From Nitrososphaerales archaeon (GTDB lineage Archaea > Thermoproteota > Nitrososphaeria > Nitrososphaerales > CADDZS01): a stretch of 37,047 bases of DNA. The position numbers and the translations under genes were made by a program. A model generated the notes under the pieces. The model did not search any database and was not told the origin of the DNA. It was given only the letters and a program-made list of their open reading frames with translations. The stretch's first letter is position 1. Every line of letters begins with the position of its first letter. Positions 9,016 through 18,069 of the stretch are shown here, piece after piece. The stretch covers positions 1 through 37,047 of the forward strand of contig DATLTL010000061.1 in the NCBI GenBank assembly GCA_035533635.1, read 5' to 3'.

Positions 9016-10317
9016 TTGTCTCTTATCGTAAAATTAGTTGTTAGATACGGCTTCTCTAGAAATTGGGTAATTGACCATGAGCTCAATTACTGGCTCCAAA
9101 GGGTTCAAGGAGACATGGTCCAATTTCAAACAGCAAACAAGAACAACTCCAGTCACGCCTGGGATGCGATGGTGGACGATGATACGCCTCAGCTTGAAGA
9201 AGGTGAGGTAACACGCGATTTCACTTCCACCGAGCAGTCTTCTCCATACGGGGAAATCGCTCCCGCAAAGCATGACGTTTCCAAGATTCTCGGAGAGGAC
9301 CCGGCAACCATCGGGAACGCACGTTATTGGCTCATCCGTGGAACCTTTGACTCTGTGAAGGACGCACGTATCTACAAGCAAATAGAAAAGGCCGTTCGCC
9401 ATCTCAAAGTGAGAGACTCGGACAGATACCAGCTCCAAGAACGCATCAAGAAGAAACTCCCAAAGACCCAGAATGAAACTGGACTCGCCATGAAGAAAGC
9501 TATTGCGGGCCTGTTGTACAGCGAAACACGAGAGTTAGGCGTTCCAGTTGATGAGCTGCAGAGATGCCTCGCGAACTCTGGAATCGACCTTAGAACGAAG
9601 AAGCTCAGGTTCGTTACGAGGAGGAGCGAAGGGTGCGAACAACATCCTCCTTCTTCCTCGTCACTTGTCGATCACATACTTCTCAACGGACAGAAACCAA
9701 GAGATAAACCAGTAGTGGAACAAATCGCATGTGGCTATTACGAAGTATCGCTAGTGCCGATGCTGGACGAGGTGCTAGGAGGAGGCGGTGATGTGAAAAT
9801 CGCTGTCGGCTGCGATTGTGCCATATGTAGCTTCGACGGGGCAGACATCAGTAGAGACGGCAAATCGGCTGTTATGCGTGCGAGCACGAAGAAGAGCTGC
9901 TTTGCAGCATTTCGCATGGCAAACAGAACGCTTCCCGCTGATCTGCAGCCTCTCGAAGATGAAAAGGGGCGACAGGAAAGAATGGAAAAGAAAATACTAG
10001 CGATCTACAGTCCCTTTTCTGACAATCATCCGCTCACAAGGGCACTCGCGATTCGTACTTGTTGCCTAGCTCAGCTACAGTCAGAGTTCCTGAGATGCTA
10101 CAGGGAGCTCACGGAGAACGGGACCGCAGGAACATCGCCAAGAAGCCTTGCAAGGAAAGCGGTCTTTGCCGCAGACGCTCGAGTCTACGCACATCTGTCT
10201 AGGGAGAGGAAACTTGCGGCGTGGGAACTCTTGATGCCCTCGCTTTCGCATCTGAGCGCTGAGGACAGAAGGTATGCGCTGGTGAGCGGGATATGCATCC
10301 CGTCAGAGTTCGCTTGA
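9016..10317 (+). CDS. hypothetical protein (Cys cluster VGCDCAICSF; no family recognised)
   Basis: Long ORF divergent from 7615-8928 and 16 nt upstream of the ParB-like gene, so probably in the same operon. The start is uncertain (TTG 9016 or the internal Met of MVQFQTANK). Confidence 0.5.
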   Translation: MSLIVKLVVRYGFSRNWVIDHELNYWLQRVQGDMVQFQTANKNNSSHAWDAMVDDDTPQLEEGEVTRDFTSTEQSSPYGEIAPAKHDVSKILGEDPATIGNARYWLIRGTFDSVKDARIYKQIEKAVRHLKVRDSDRYQLQERIKKKLPKTQNETGLAMKKAIAGLLYSETRELGVPVDELQRCLANSGIDLRTKKLRFVTRRSEGCEQHPPSSSSLVDHILLNGQKPRDKPVVEQIACGYYEVSLVPMLDEVLGGGGDVKIAVGCDCAICSFDGADISRDGKSAVMRASTKKSCFAAFRMANRTLPADLQPLEDEKGRQERMEKKILAIYSPFSDNHPLTRALAIRTCCLAQLQSEFLRCYRELTENGTAGTSPRSLARKAVFAADARVYAHLSRERKLAAWELLMPSLSHLSAEDRRYALVSGICIPSEFA

Positions 10318-10333
10318 GCGAGGGAAAAGAAAA

Positions 10334-11584
10334 ATGACTGAAGCAGTTGTTAGCAGTGGCACACCTACCCTGAAGGAGATTGAGCTTTCAAAATGCGACA
10401 TCCATCCACTGTTCAAGAACATGAGGTTCGACTGCGCCGAAGACATCGAGAAACTTTGCGAATTGATTCACATCAACGGTCAGCAGTTACCGGGAATCGT
10501 AGTTCCCGTACCTGGTAACGAAGGTTACTACTGGTCGACTATTGGAAACAGGCGGTTGCTTGCGTGCAAGATGTCAATGGAGAAGTACGGCACGCCAGAG
10601 ACGTTCCTTGCGATGATCAAAGAGGATCTAATAGATCAGGACATCGTAATCAAAAAGTACGTCGAGAACTTTTCGGAAGATGGTGGTGGCAGAAAGGATC
10701 TCTCTTTTCTCGAAGAAGCTTCCTCTCTCAGCGAGATGATTTCTAGATTCCCGACAGAGTTCAGAAAGAAAGTTGCAATAGGCATGAACGCGACGGAGGA
10801 AGCCATCCAGAGAAAAGTTGACTTGTTCAAAAGGCTGGATCCTGCGATGGTGGCCGACCTCCACAGGTTGGAGCGACACGTCGTCCCACCATTCTATTTC
10901 ACGTACGAACACGTGGAATCCCTCATATCACTCCATCTTGGTAGAGAGGCAACGCTCAAGATTGCGGCGCTAGTTGCAGAAAGGCGGGCATCTCCGTCGT
11001 TTGTAGATGCTTACGCGCTTGCACTCGACACTGGAAAAGTAGGTGAACCTGAATGGCTATACACGATATTTCCGGATATCGAGCGACGGAGAGAAGAGGA
11101 GAAGAAAAAAGACAAGATTTCACAAATGAAAGAGGTGGCAACAGCTCCTTCTTCTAATTCCGCATTTCTAAAGAATGCAGTCAGCGTAGGATGCTTCCAC
11201 TGCGGTTTCGAGAATCCACTCAAATCAACTCTCAAAGGAACCGTTAGCTTTCTGAATCCATCCGATCCAATTCACAAGGAATCGATGGAACCAATTTCAT
11301 ATCTCTTGCCTCCCAAGGTCTGTTGGAACTGCCATAAGCCATTCTCAATAATTGTGCACGGACGGACGAAGATCAAGTCGATTCCTCCAGTTGAAGAGAA
11401 CGACGAGTACGCTGGAGAAGAGTTAGCAGGTACATTCGAATCAAAGCTAGGGCTTATCGACTTCGATCAAGATGCGGCGGAGTGCAAGGAGGGTTGCTTG
11501 CTTTGCCACTGGATCTTTGCTACCATGAAGGGAAGGTTCAAGCTTGACCATGCGACGGGACGGTTCACTGTCAACGCTCAGTAA
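10334..11584 (+). CDS. ParB/Srx N-terminal-domain protein with C-terminal zinc-ribbon-like Cys pairs
   Basis: ParB-N-like segment IELSKCDIHPLFKNMRFDCAEDIEKLCELIHINGQQLPGIVVPV...YWSTIGNRRLLACKM (GxRR box). The C-terminus has CFHCG...CWNCH and CKEGCLLCH. Confidence 0.55.
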   Translation: MTEAVVSSGTPTLKEIELSKCDIHPLFKNMRFDCAEDIEKLCELIHINGQQLPGIVVPVPGNEGYYWSTIGNRRLLACKMSMEKYGTPETFLAMIKEDLIDQDIVIKKYVENFSEDGGGRKDLSFLEEASSLSEMISRFPTEFRKKVAIGMNATEEAIQRKVDLFKRLDPAMVADLHRLERHVVPPFYFTYEHVESLISLHLGREATLKIAALVAERRASPSFVDAYALALDTGKVGEPEWLYTIFPDIERRREEEKKKDKISQMKEVATAPSSNSAFLKNAVSVGCFHCGFENPLKSTLKGTVSFLNPSDPIHKESMEPISYLLPPKVCWNCHKPFSIIVHGRTKIKSIPPVEENDEYAGEELAGTFESKLGLIDFDQDAAECKEGCLLCHWIFATMKGRFKLDHATGRFTVNAQ

Positions 11585-11642
11585 ATGATCCAAAAAAGTC
11601 AGTTCGACCCCGCAATTCGATCAGCCTTTGCATAAGCGGGAA

Positions 11643-11690
11643 ATCCGATGAATATGCGATTATCCGATGGATATCGGATTTCCTTAAATA
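11643..11690 (+). promoter_or_regulatory. ATCCGATG direct repeats plus ATCCGAT/ATCGGAT inverted repeat next to a TATA-like box, upstream of the HTH gene
   Basis: atccgatg occurs at 11643-11650 and 11662-11669. The inverted repeat is atccgat(ggat)atcggat at 11662-11679. ccttaaata at 11682-11690 lies about 35 nt before ATG 11724. Confidence 0.45.
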
Positions 11691-11723
11691 CAATCGTCGA
11701 GACAACTAGCATGTCGTAAGACG

Positions 11724-12419
11724 ATGGTTAAACTAACAGCCCCGCAGACATCCAAAGTCATCAACTATCTCCTTGCCAACCCCAGCACATCTCAGGTCGA
11801 AATTTCAAGGAGTGTAGGAGTGTCACGAGATCTCGTCAACCATGTCGTCCACGAATTGGAGGCTCCAGGGATAGTTTTGCAGGAGGCGCGCGAACATCTG
11901 GAGCTCAAGGATCCTCTCAGGCTGCTTGAAGCTCTGTCAATCCAGCGTCCGCTGTCAAAGCATCTGATAGCCGAATTCAGGACGGAAGAGTCTGATGTGA
12001 CAAAAGTTGAGAGGATGGTAAGAAACGCGGCCGCTCATTTTTCAGATAGTAATGGCTATGCACTCACATGCTTTTCTGCTCTCTCCAAATACATTGAATA
12101 CTACATTACTTATCCAACAGTGCACGTGTACTCTGAAAGACCGGGCGAGCTTCGCAAGGGTCTCGTCGAAGGAAGAGGGGATGTTGTGGTTCAAATTCTA
12201 AAACCAGATTCTGAGCTGATACTCGGAAATGCAAGGCGGATGCGTGACTTGATGCTAGTCGAGCCTATACAGGTCGTCATCGACCTCTTCTGTCTCGGGG
12301 GCGCGGGGCGCGACGGAGCGATGAAGCTTTACGAAAACGTGAAACAAGTTGGCGGCAGCAATAAGAAGGACAAGGTTCAGATCTCCACTAGTAAGAGGAT
12401 CGTACGAAGAACTGCTTAG
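11724..12419 (+). CDS. winged-HTH transcriptional regulator, AbiEi-like antitoxin candidate
   Basis: N-terminal wHTH (VINYLLANPSTSQVEISRSVGVSRDLVNHVVHELEAPGIV) plus a C-terminal domain of about 150 aa. It sits directly upstream of, and overlaps, a nucleotidyltransferase-like ORF. Confidence 0.5.
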   Translation: MVKLTAPQTSKVINYLLANPSTSQVEISRSVGVSRDLVNHVVHELEAPGIVLQEAREHLELKDPLRLLEALSIQRPLSKHLIAEFRTEESDVTKVERMVRNAAAHFSDSNGYALTCFSALSKYIEYYITYPTVHVYSERPGELRKGLVEGRGDVVVQILKPDSELILGNARRMRDLMLVEPIQVVIDLFCLGGAGRDGAMKLYENVKQVGGSNKKDKVQISTSKRIVRRTA

Positions 12420-13167
12420 TTTCCTCCACTATTATCGGCACTTCGGAACGCCGACAATCATTGGAGGGTGGGCGGTGTATTTCTACAACCCGTACTATGG
12501 GTCTGTTGACATAGATGTCGTGGGGCCCAGCTTCAGAGGGTCCTTCTACGAAGTAATTGAGAGGTATGAGCGATCCCATGGATACGCTATAATTCCGAAC
12601 GAGCCTTTCGGTATAGAAGTCGTCGCGAGCAAGCCACTATACAGAGGCAAGAAGAAGATCGGCGAAATGGAGATCGACGCTTGCAGTTACGGACAAAACT
12701 CAGCCAGTCTGTTCCATGAAGATGAAACAAAGCATCTCCCATACTCCCTCTGCGGGCGAGAAGATCATCGAAGGGAAGCCGTCATAGCAAAAGACCGTAT
12801 CTGCTACGTTCCAAGCAGAGCCCTTCTGACGCTCTTCAAGGTGAAGGCTAGAAGAGACAGATCATTCGACATCAGTGCGAGGGGTGCGACCATGAATCCT
12901 TCCAGGCTTGAGTGGTTGAGAGCGAAGGTCGTCAAGGACGGTTCGGACATCATAGCTTTGCTCGACGATAAGAATCGAAGAGGTAGAGAGCTGTTGAATG
13001 ACCAGCTTGATTTTGCGCAAATGAAACGGATCGCCTCTGCACACGAGATAACCGATTTGGTGAGAGAAACTCTGCAGGAAGTGCTGAAAGACAATAGCGC
13101 GTTTTCTTTATACAACAGATATGTCGAGCGGAAAGCACTGCTACAATCCGTGGAAGCGCTGGACTAA
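12349..13167 (+). CDS. nucleotidyltransferase-fold protein, AbiEii-like toxin candidate
   Basis: IIGGWAVYFYNPYYGSVDIDVV resembles the GG(T/W)A...S.DID motif of AbiEii/COG2253-type nucleotidyltransferases. The only in-frame start found by eye is TTG 12349, giving an unusual 71-nt overlap with the HTH gene. Confidence 0.45.
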   Translation: MAAAIRRTRFRSPLVRGSYEELLSFLHYYRHFGTPTIIGGWAVYFYNPYYGSVDIDVVGPSFRGSFYEVIERYERSHGYAIIPNEPFGIEVVASKPLYRGKKKIGEMEIDACSYGQNSASLFHEDETKHLPYSLCGREDHRREAVIAKDRICYVPSRALLTLFKVKARRDRSFDISARGATMNPSRLEWLRAKVVKDGSDIIALLDDKNRRGRELLNDQLDFAQMKRIASAHEITDLVRETLQEVLKDNSAFSLYNRYVERKALLQSVEALD

Positions 13168-13295
13168 CAGTTTAAGCGGAGACTCGCTATGGAAAGCTAG
13201 GTACGTGGTCGCAGTGCTGAAGTATGCGCTAGAATCATGGTATACTTGATGCGCAGACGGTTGCAGGTTTCATTTCTGGAAGAAAGAGATGTCTT

Positions 13296-14459
13296 TTGAT
13301 GGAGGATGACACGAGTCGCCGCAAGAGGCTCGATCTTGAAACAATCAAGAAGGTGATCAGAAAACCTGACTTCAATCACGAAGGCATGTATGTTGAGGAG
13401 GTAATTGTGGATACAGACCTCTACAACAAAGTTGAGAATCTCACGCGGAAAATCTACAGCAAAAGACAATTCAAGTCCGATATCCGGTGGGAGGGACTCT
13501 ACGTTCCTGTAAACTCAAGAGGAAAGGAAATTTGCATCCCTCTTTTCATAATGAAGTTAAAGAACAATTATTTCCTCCACGTCGATAAAGTCGGCAGTAT
13601 CATAATTTCCACAAAGGAGTTCGCAACAAGAGAGAATCTTCCAAACCTTGGTTCAGCCGTGATCATCGACAGCAATGAAACTAAAGAATACCGAGTAACG
13701 AAGAATCTAGTACTATCTCTTGATGGCTTTCTGCCTGAACTGAACAAACCCAAGGCAATTGAAAAGAGAGTGCCGTATGAATACCGCGGCGGGAAAATCA
13801 AACGAAAATATGTTGTTTCGCACAGAGACCTCATGGGCGAACTGACAAAGAAACAAATCTTCAGGAGTTACAGAAGACACCTTCGAAAAGTCAGATCTGT
13901 AGATAGGATATCATTGAATGAGTATCTCCATACTGCGGCTATCGCGTATCGCGCGCTCTATCCAGAATTCCGAGACAAAAATTCGCTGGAAATGTACGAC
14001 AGCAGAGCGGATTTTAGACACGGTGGTATGCTTGATATCAAGGATGCGAACAGTAAAGACGAATACACGAACTGGCTTGTAAGCAGCACATGGTCGGGTT
14101 CCCACCCCTTTGAGATAATTGCAGGATACCGCACCATTGGAATCTGCCTAGATCCTCCAAGGAAAAACAAATACTTGCCCCAGGAGGAGAGCGGGTACTA
14201 TACTCTATCTGCGGGAGGAGCCTCCTACCATAAGACACTAGTTGATATTCTATCGGCCTTCATTAAGCGAAAAGCTCCGGTAAGAGCAGCTGGGCTCAAA
14301 GAAATTTTGAACTATCTAACGGGAAAGACGTTCCTCCGAATAGACGAATTCTGGTCTGATGAAACCGTTCCATATTCAACGCTGAAGCAGAGAAGATTAT
14401 TGAGCAAGGTCGTATGGGATAGGCTTTCATTCGCGAAGCTGCGCCATAGAAAGCGCTGA
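13296..14459 (+). CDS. hypothetical protein (387 aa, basic, no family recognised)
   Basis: Long uninterrupted ORF with ordinary amino-acid composition. It is the last gene before repeat copy 2. Confidence 0.5.
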   Translation: MMEDDTSRRKRLDLETIKKVIRKPDFNHEGMYVEEVIVDTDLYNKVENLTRKIYSKRQFKSDIRWEGLYVPVNSRGKEICIPLFIMKLKNNYFLHVDKVGSIIISTKEFATRENLPNLGSAVIIDSNETKEYRVTKNLVLSLDGFLPELNKPKAIEKRVPYEYRGGKIKRKYVVSHRDLMGELTKKQIFRSYRRHLRKVRSVDRISLNEYLHTAAIAYRALYPEFRDKNSLEMYDSRADFRHGGMLDIKDANSKDEYTNWLVSSTWSGSHPFEIIAGYRTIGICLDPPRKNKYLPQEESGYYTLSAGGASYHKTLVDILSAFIKRKAPVRAAGLKEILNYLTGKTFLRIDEFWSDETVPYSTLKQRRLLSKVVWDRLSFAKLRHRKR

Positions 14460-14513
14460 TCGCCGCGTCGCCGCACTACCACCATCCCTCTTCGCAGTGC
14501 GGATGGTTAGCTC

Positions 14514-14559
14514 AACTTACTCGCTCACGTGCCACGTTCTCGTCTCTCGTTTCCTCTGT
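14514..14559 (+). repeat. 46-bp direct repeat, copy 2 (related sequence extends left to about 14485)
   Basis: See copy 1. It lies 22 nt upstream of ATG 14581 of the methyltransferase. Confidence 0.9.
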
Positions 14560-14632
14560 GGAGCTGCTGCTTCTCTGGATATGAAGCGTTTACTGACTGG
14601 GCGAGTACTATACTCCAGATTGGCTTGCGGAA

Positions 14633-16831
14633 TTGATAGTCAACGAAGCTCTTGAAGATGAGACGAAAGAAATACTTGATCCGTCCTCTGGCTCCGGTAC
14701 ATTTCTAGCAGCTAGTATTCGTAGAAAGAAAGAATTGATGTCGAAGAACAAGAAATACTCTGCTTCTGCTCAACTTGACTTGATTATGCGAACTGTCAGA
14801 GGGATCGATGTTCATCCTCTTGCAATTATACTGTCAAGGGCGAACTATTTGGCAGCTATTGGACCTGAACTATTATCTGCGCGACGGGGCGCTATTTCGG
14901 TTCCTGTGTATCTTGCAAACTCGCTCAGACTTCCTGAGACCGCAACTGATCTGCATCAAGGCGTCAGTTCGTACAAAATTGATGCTGAGAAAAAAATTCT
15001 AAGGTTGCCAATACAAATTGCAAAAGATCCTGATTTTACGGATATCGCAATAGAAACAGTTCGCGAATACTCTCACGAGGTAGCCTCTGGGCTTAGCCCA
15101 AAGATTGAGGAATTTGAAAACTTGCTTTATCAGAGATTAACCGCTCAACAGAAAAACAAGCTCGAAAAGAATGCTCCAAGCATTCTTCTTGAAACCGCAA
15201 TCACAATGGCTGATCTTATCAAAGAGGGAAAAGACACGATCTGGGCATTTATTCTGAAAAACATATACAAACCTCTTTTTCTCCAAGCCGAAAAATTTGA
15301 TGTCATTGTAGGTAACCCTCCGTGGCTTTCGTACCGATATGTTGAGAGTACTGAATACCAAGATTTTCTAAAGAATTTGATAATTGATAAGTACAATATA
15401 CTCGGCAAGGAAAGAGCAGAACTAATTACACAGATGGAACTTGCAACTCTCTTCCTAGCTAGAGCATCGGACTTGTTTCTGAAAAAGCAAGGAACAATTT
15501 ACTTTGTCATGCCCAGAAGTGTCTTCGTAAGTGACCAACACTTCAATTTTAGAGATGGAAGTTCCAAGCCTTCAATGAAACTTTTCCAGCTTTACGATCT
15601 TGAGGATGTCGAACCTCTTTTCAAAGTGCCTAGTTGTGTTGTGGCAGCGAAATTTGGAACTCCCGCCAAACAAGTCGACGCTAAGATCTTTGAAGGAAAA
15701 CTTCAGCGGAAAAATGCTAAATTGAAAGAAGCTTTGGCAGTACTCACTTCCACTGACAAGAAATTTCAGTGTTACAGGATCGGGCAGCGCTCATTTCTTG
15801 AAAGCGTGGAATTTCAGAAAGTATTACGAGCAATCGAAAAAAGCAAGCCCAGTGAATATTACAAGAATTTTACGCAAGGCGCAACGATTGTCCCGCGTCA
15901 ACTGTGGTTTGTTGAACCAGTTGTCCACGAGAAACTTGGAATGGACCCTTCTATGCCGAGACTCAAGACTTCTCAAAGAGCAATTGATCGAGCAAAAGAA
16001 CAGTACGCAGATGTACGAGTGGAAGGCGAAGTCGAATCTAGATTCCTATTCGGAGTCGCCACGGGATCGGAATTAGCCCCATTCTGCTCAACCACACTTC
16101 CAGTAGTTGTGTTACCTATTGAGGCAAGTGAAGGCAAGTACCACATGCTTGATGTTGAGGAATCTCAAAGGAAAGGATACTCGGGATTGAAAGAATGGCT
16201 TGTAACTGCCGAGAAAACTTGGAAAAAGAAGAGAGGTGAAAAGGCGACCAAGATGAGCATCTACCAAAGACTAAATTATTCGCACTGCCTGACCAACCAG
16301 AGTTCAAAAAAGAAATACAAAGTTCTCTATAATGCATCGGGAACATATCTTGTATCGTGTATAGTTAGAAATCAGAAAGAGGTTGTCGAATTAGAAAATT
16401 CACGAATTAATATTACTGGAGTAGTCGCCGATGCGAAAGCTTACTGGTTCGATACAAACAACCTAGATGAAGCTCTTTTTATCACATCCATGCTAAACTC
16501 GCCCATTGTTGACTCTCTTATCAAACCAATGCAGAGTCACGGACTTTGGGGAGAACGTGATATTCACAAGAAAGTGCTCGAGCTTCCTCTCCCAAAGTTT
16601 GATTCGTCGAATAAATCCCATATCGCCATGGTAGAACTTGCAAAAAAAGCACAAGTGAAAGCCGAAACTTTGATTCCAAGTCTTGAAAAGAAGTACGTCG
16701 GGATAGGAAAAATTAGACAACTTATCAAGGTCGAATTGGCAGAGGAATTACTCAACATAGACAAGATCATGCGCGAATTACTTAGTAAGATTGGTGATTT
16801 GGACAGTGGAATGGAAGGCTTTCTCAAGTAG
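14633..16831 (+). CDS. gamma-class N6-adenine DNA methyltransferase (M.TaqI/Eco57I-like), 5' end disrupted by an apparent frameshift
   Basis: Motif I ILDPSSGSGTFL and motif IV VIVGNPPWLSY are present. Motif X GEYYTPDWLAELIV is encoded in-frame just upstream of the called TTG start, but that frame is closed by TGA at 14594. ATG 14581 (MKRLLTG) lies in the +1 frame. The long C-terminal region is a presumed target-recognition domain. Confidence 0.85.
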   Translation: MIVNEALEDETKEILDPSSGSGTFLAASIRRKKELMSKNKKYSASAQLDLIMRTVRGIDVHPLAIILSRANYLAAIGPELLSARRGAISVPVYLANSLRLPETATDLHQGVSSYKIDAEKKILRLPIQIAKDPDFTDIAIETVREYSHEVASGLSPKIEEFENLLYQRLTAQQKNKLEKNAPSILLETAITMADLIKEGKDTIWAFILKNIYKPLFLQAEKFDVIVGNPPWLSYRYVESTEYQDFLKNLIIDKYNILGKERAELITQMELATLFLARASDLFLKKQGTIYFVMPRSVFVSDQHFNFRDGSSKPSMKLFQLYDLEDVEPLFKVPSCVVAAKFGTPAKQVDAKIFEGKLQRKNAKLKEALAVLTSTDKKFQCYRIGQRSFLESVEFQKVLRAIEKSKPSEYYKNFTQGATIVPRQLWFVEPVVHEKLGMDPSMPRLKTSQRAIDRAKEQYADVRVEGEVESRFLFGVATGSELAPFCSTTLPVVVLPIEASEGKYHMLDVEESQRKGYSGLKEWLVTAEKTWKKKRGEKATKMSIYQRLNYSHCLTNQSSKKKYKVLYNASGTYLVSCIVRNQKEVVELENSRINITGVVADAKAYWFDTNNLDEALFITSMLNSPIVDSLIKPMQSHGLWGERDIHKKVLELPLPKFDSSNKSHIAMVELAKKAQVKAETLIPSLEKKYVGIGKIRQLIKVELAEELLNIDKIMRELLSKIGDLDSGMEGFLK

Positions 16832-17058
16832 GTCTTTTCGTCATGCCACCAGCAAATCTGGCATGGGCCATGTCCAAGTTCATCATATGCCTGACTCCAA
16901 TGCAGAACTTCTTTGCTCATCCAGCTGAGTTGGGGCATTTTCTTTCATCAGACGCCTCCCTTTCGGTTGCAACGCTCGCTAGAAAGCAAAATTGCGAAAG
17001 ATGAAAATTTGACAGCAGGTAGACAACTAAGGCATTGAGACATGAGTAGGTTCATTTA

Positions 17059-18036
17059 TTGGCGGACAGCTCTAAGGGCAGTAGTGTCGAAATGCAACGA
17101 GCAGGGAAACCAAGTTCCACTCATTCGCAAAACGAAAAACCTGATTGGCTACTGGATCGCATCAAGACTTTGGAAGGTTACAACGAGAAGGCCCGAGATC
17201 TACTCAAACAGACAGGAGAAGTATACGAAGTCGGACCGCAAGCTGTGTTGAAGCTCAGCATTTTAGCATACTACCTTGATGTCTATACCCAGATCATTAA
17301 GAAGCGGTTCCCAAAGTCATACTTTCTTGACTTGTTTGCTTCTTCGGGAATCAATAAGATTGAGAACACTGATGAGGTGATATTGGGTTCACCTCTCATA
17401 GCTGAATACATTCCAGACAAGAAATTTGATAAGCTCATTCTCTTTGAAAGCAAGGAAGCGAGAGCGAAGGCGCTTCAAAAACTGCTTCCAAAAGCAAAGG
17501 TCGTTCACGGTGATGTTAACGCCCTCGATCTTACAAACTACTTCAAGGACGAGGAGGGCAAAATTGTTCCATTGTTCTGCTTTGCAGATCCAGAAGGTAT
17601 GGAGCTAGATTGGTCTACCATGACGCAGGTTCTGAAGACTTGGTCTGATGTCATGATAAATTACCATCCCGATGCTGTAAGAAGAACCGCAGGTCGAGCA
17701 TTCAAGAAGGATAAACCGTACGAAGATAGGATGAATAGTTTCTTTGGAACCGACCACTGGAAGCTCTTTCAGACTTTTGAAAGCGACGATGCTTTTTTGA
17801 ATTTATATATCTCCCAGATTCGTCAATTCAAGGAAATGGTCATACCGATCAGGGTCAGAGGACAGAAGAGTTATTACTATTACATTATATTCGCTGTTAA
17901 GAAAACAAATGGTACTCAAGGTTGGATCGATGCTATTGAGAGAGCGAAGAAACACATCGAAAGCTCCGATGCTTCAAGAACGCTGACAACGATCGATATA
18001 CAGCAAGGGAAACAACAAACGCTGTCCTTTGACTAG
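17059..18036 (+). CDS. tcmP: three-Cys-motif partner protein TcmP (TIGR04474-like)
   Basis: LKLSILAYYLDVYTQII...YFLDLFASSGINKI resembles the TcmP signature (K...Yl..Y...yiDlFAGpG). It sits immediately upstream (33-nt gap) of a Gp37/Gp68-family gene, which is the defining context of TcmP. The start may be ATG 17092. Confidence 0.65.
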   Translation: MADSSKGSSVEMQRAGKPSSTHSQNEKPDWLLDRIKTLEGYNEKARDLLKQTGEVYEVGPQAVLKLSILAYYLDVYTQIIKKRFPKSYFLDLFASSGINKIENTDEVILGSPLIAEYIPDKKFDKLILFESKEARAKALQKLLPKAKVVHGDVNALDLTNYFKDEEGKIVPLFCFADPEGMELDWSTMTQVLKTWSDVMINYHPDAVRRTAGRAFKKDKPYEDRMNSFFGTDHWKLFQTFESDDAFLNLYISQIRQFKEMVIPIRVRGQKSYYYYIIFAVKKTNGTQGWIDAIERAKKHIESSDASRTLTTIDIQQGKQQTLSFD

Positions 18037-18069
18037 AAGAAAAATGCGCGGATATGTTCAAAAAGAATA

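Noticed and set aside
9016-14459. The 433-aa and 387-aa unknown ORFs as candidate integrase or transposase for the repeat-flanked cassette
   Set aside because: I could not find a tyrosine-recombinase R...HxxR...Y pattern, a serine-recombinase N-terminus or a DDE/HUH motif by eye. They are left as hypothetical.
14499-14560. GCGGATGGTTAGCTCAAC... looks like the 5' end of a tRNA (acceptor stem plus D-arm start), which would make the repeat a tRNA-derived att site
   Set aside because: No complementary D-stem closure (GAGC), no anticodon arm, no GTTCGAATC-type T-arm and no matching 3' acceptor strand downstream. Copy 1 lacks the GCGGATG start. It cannot be supported as a tRNA by eye.
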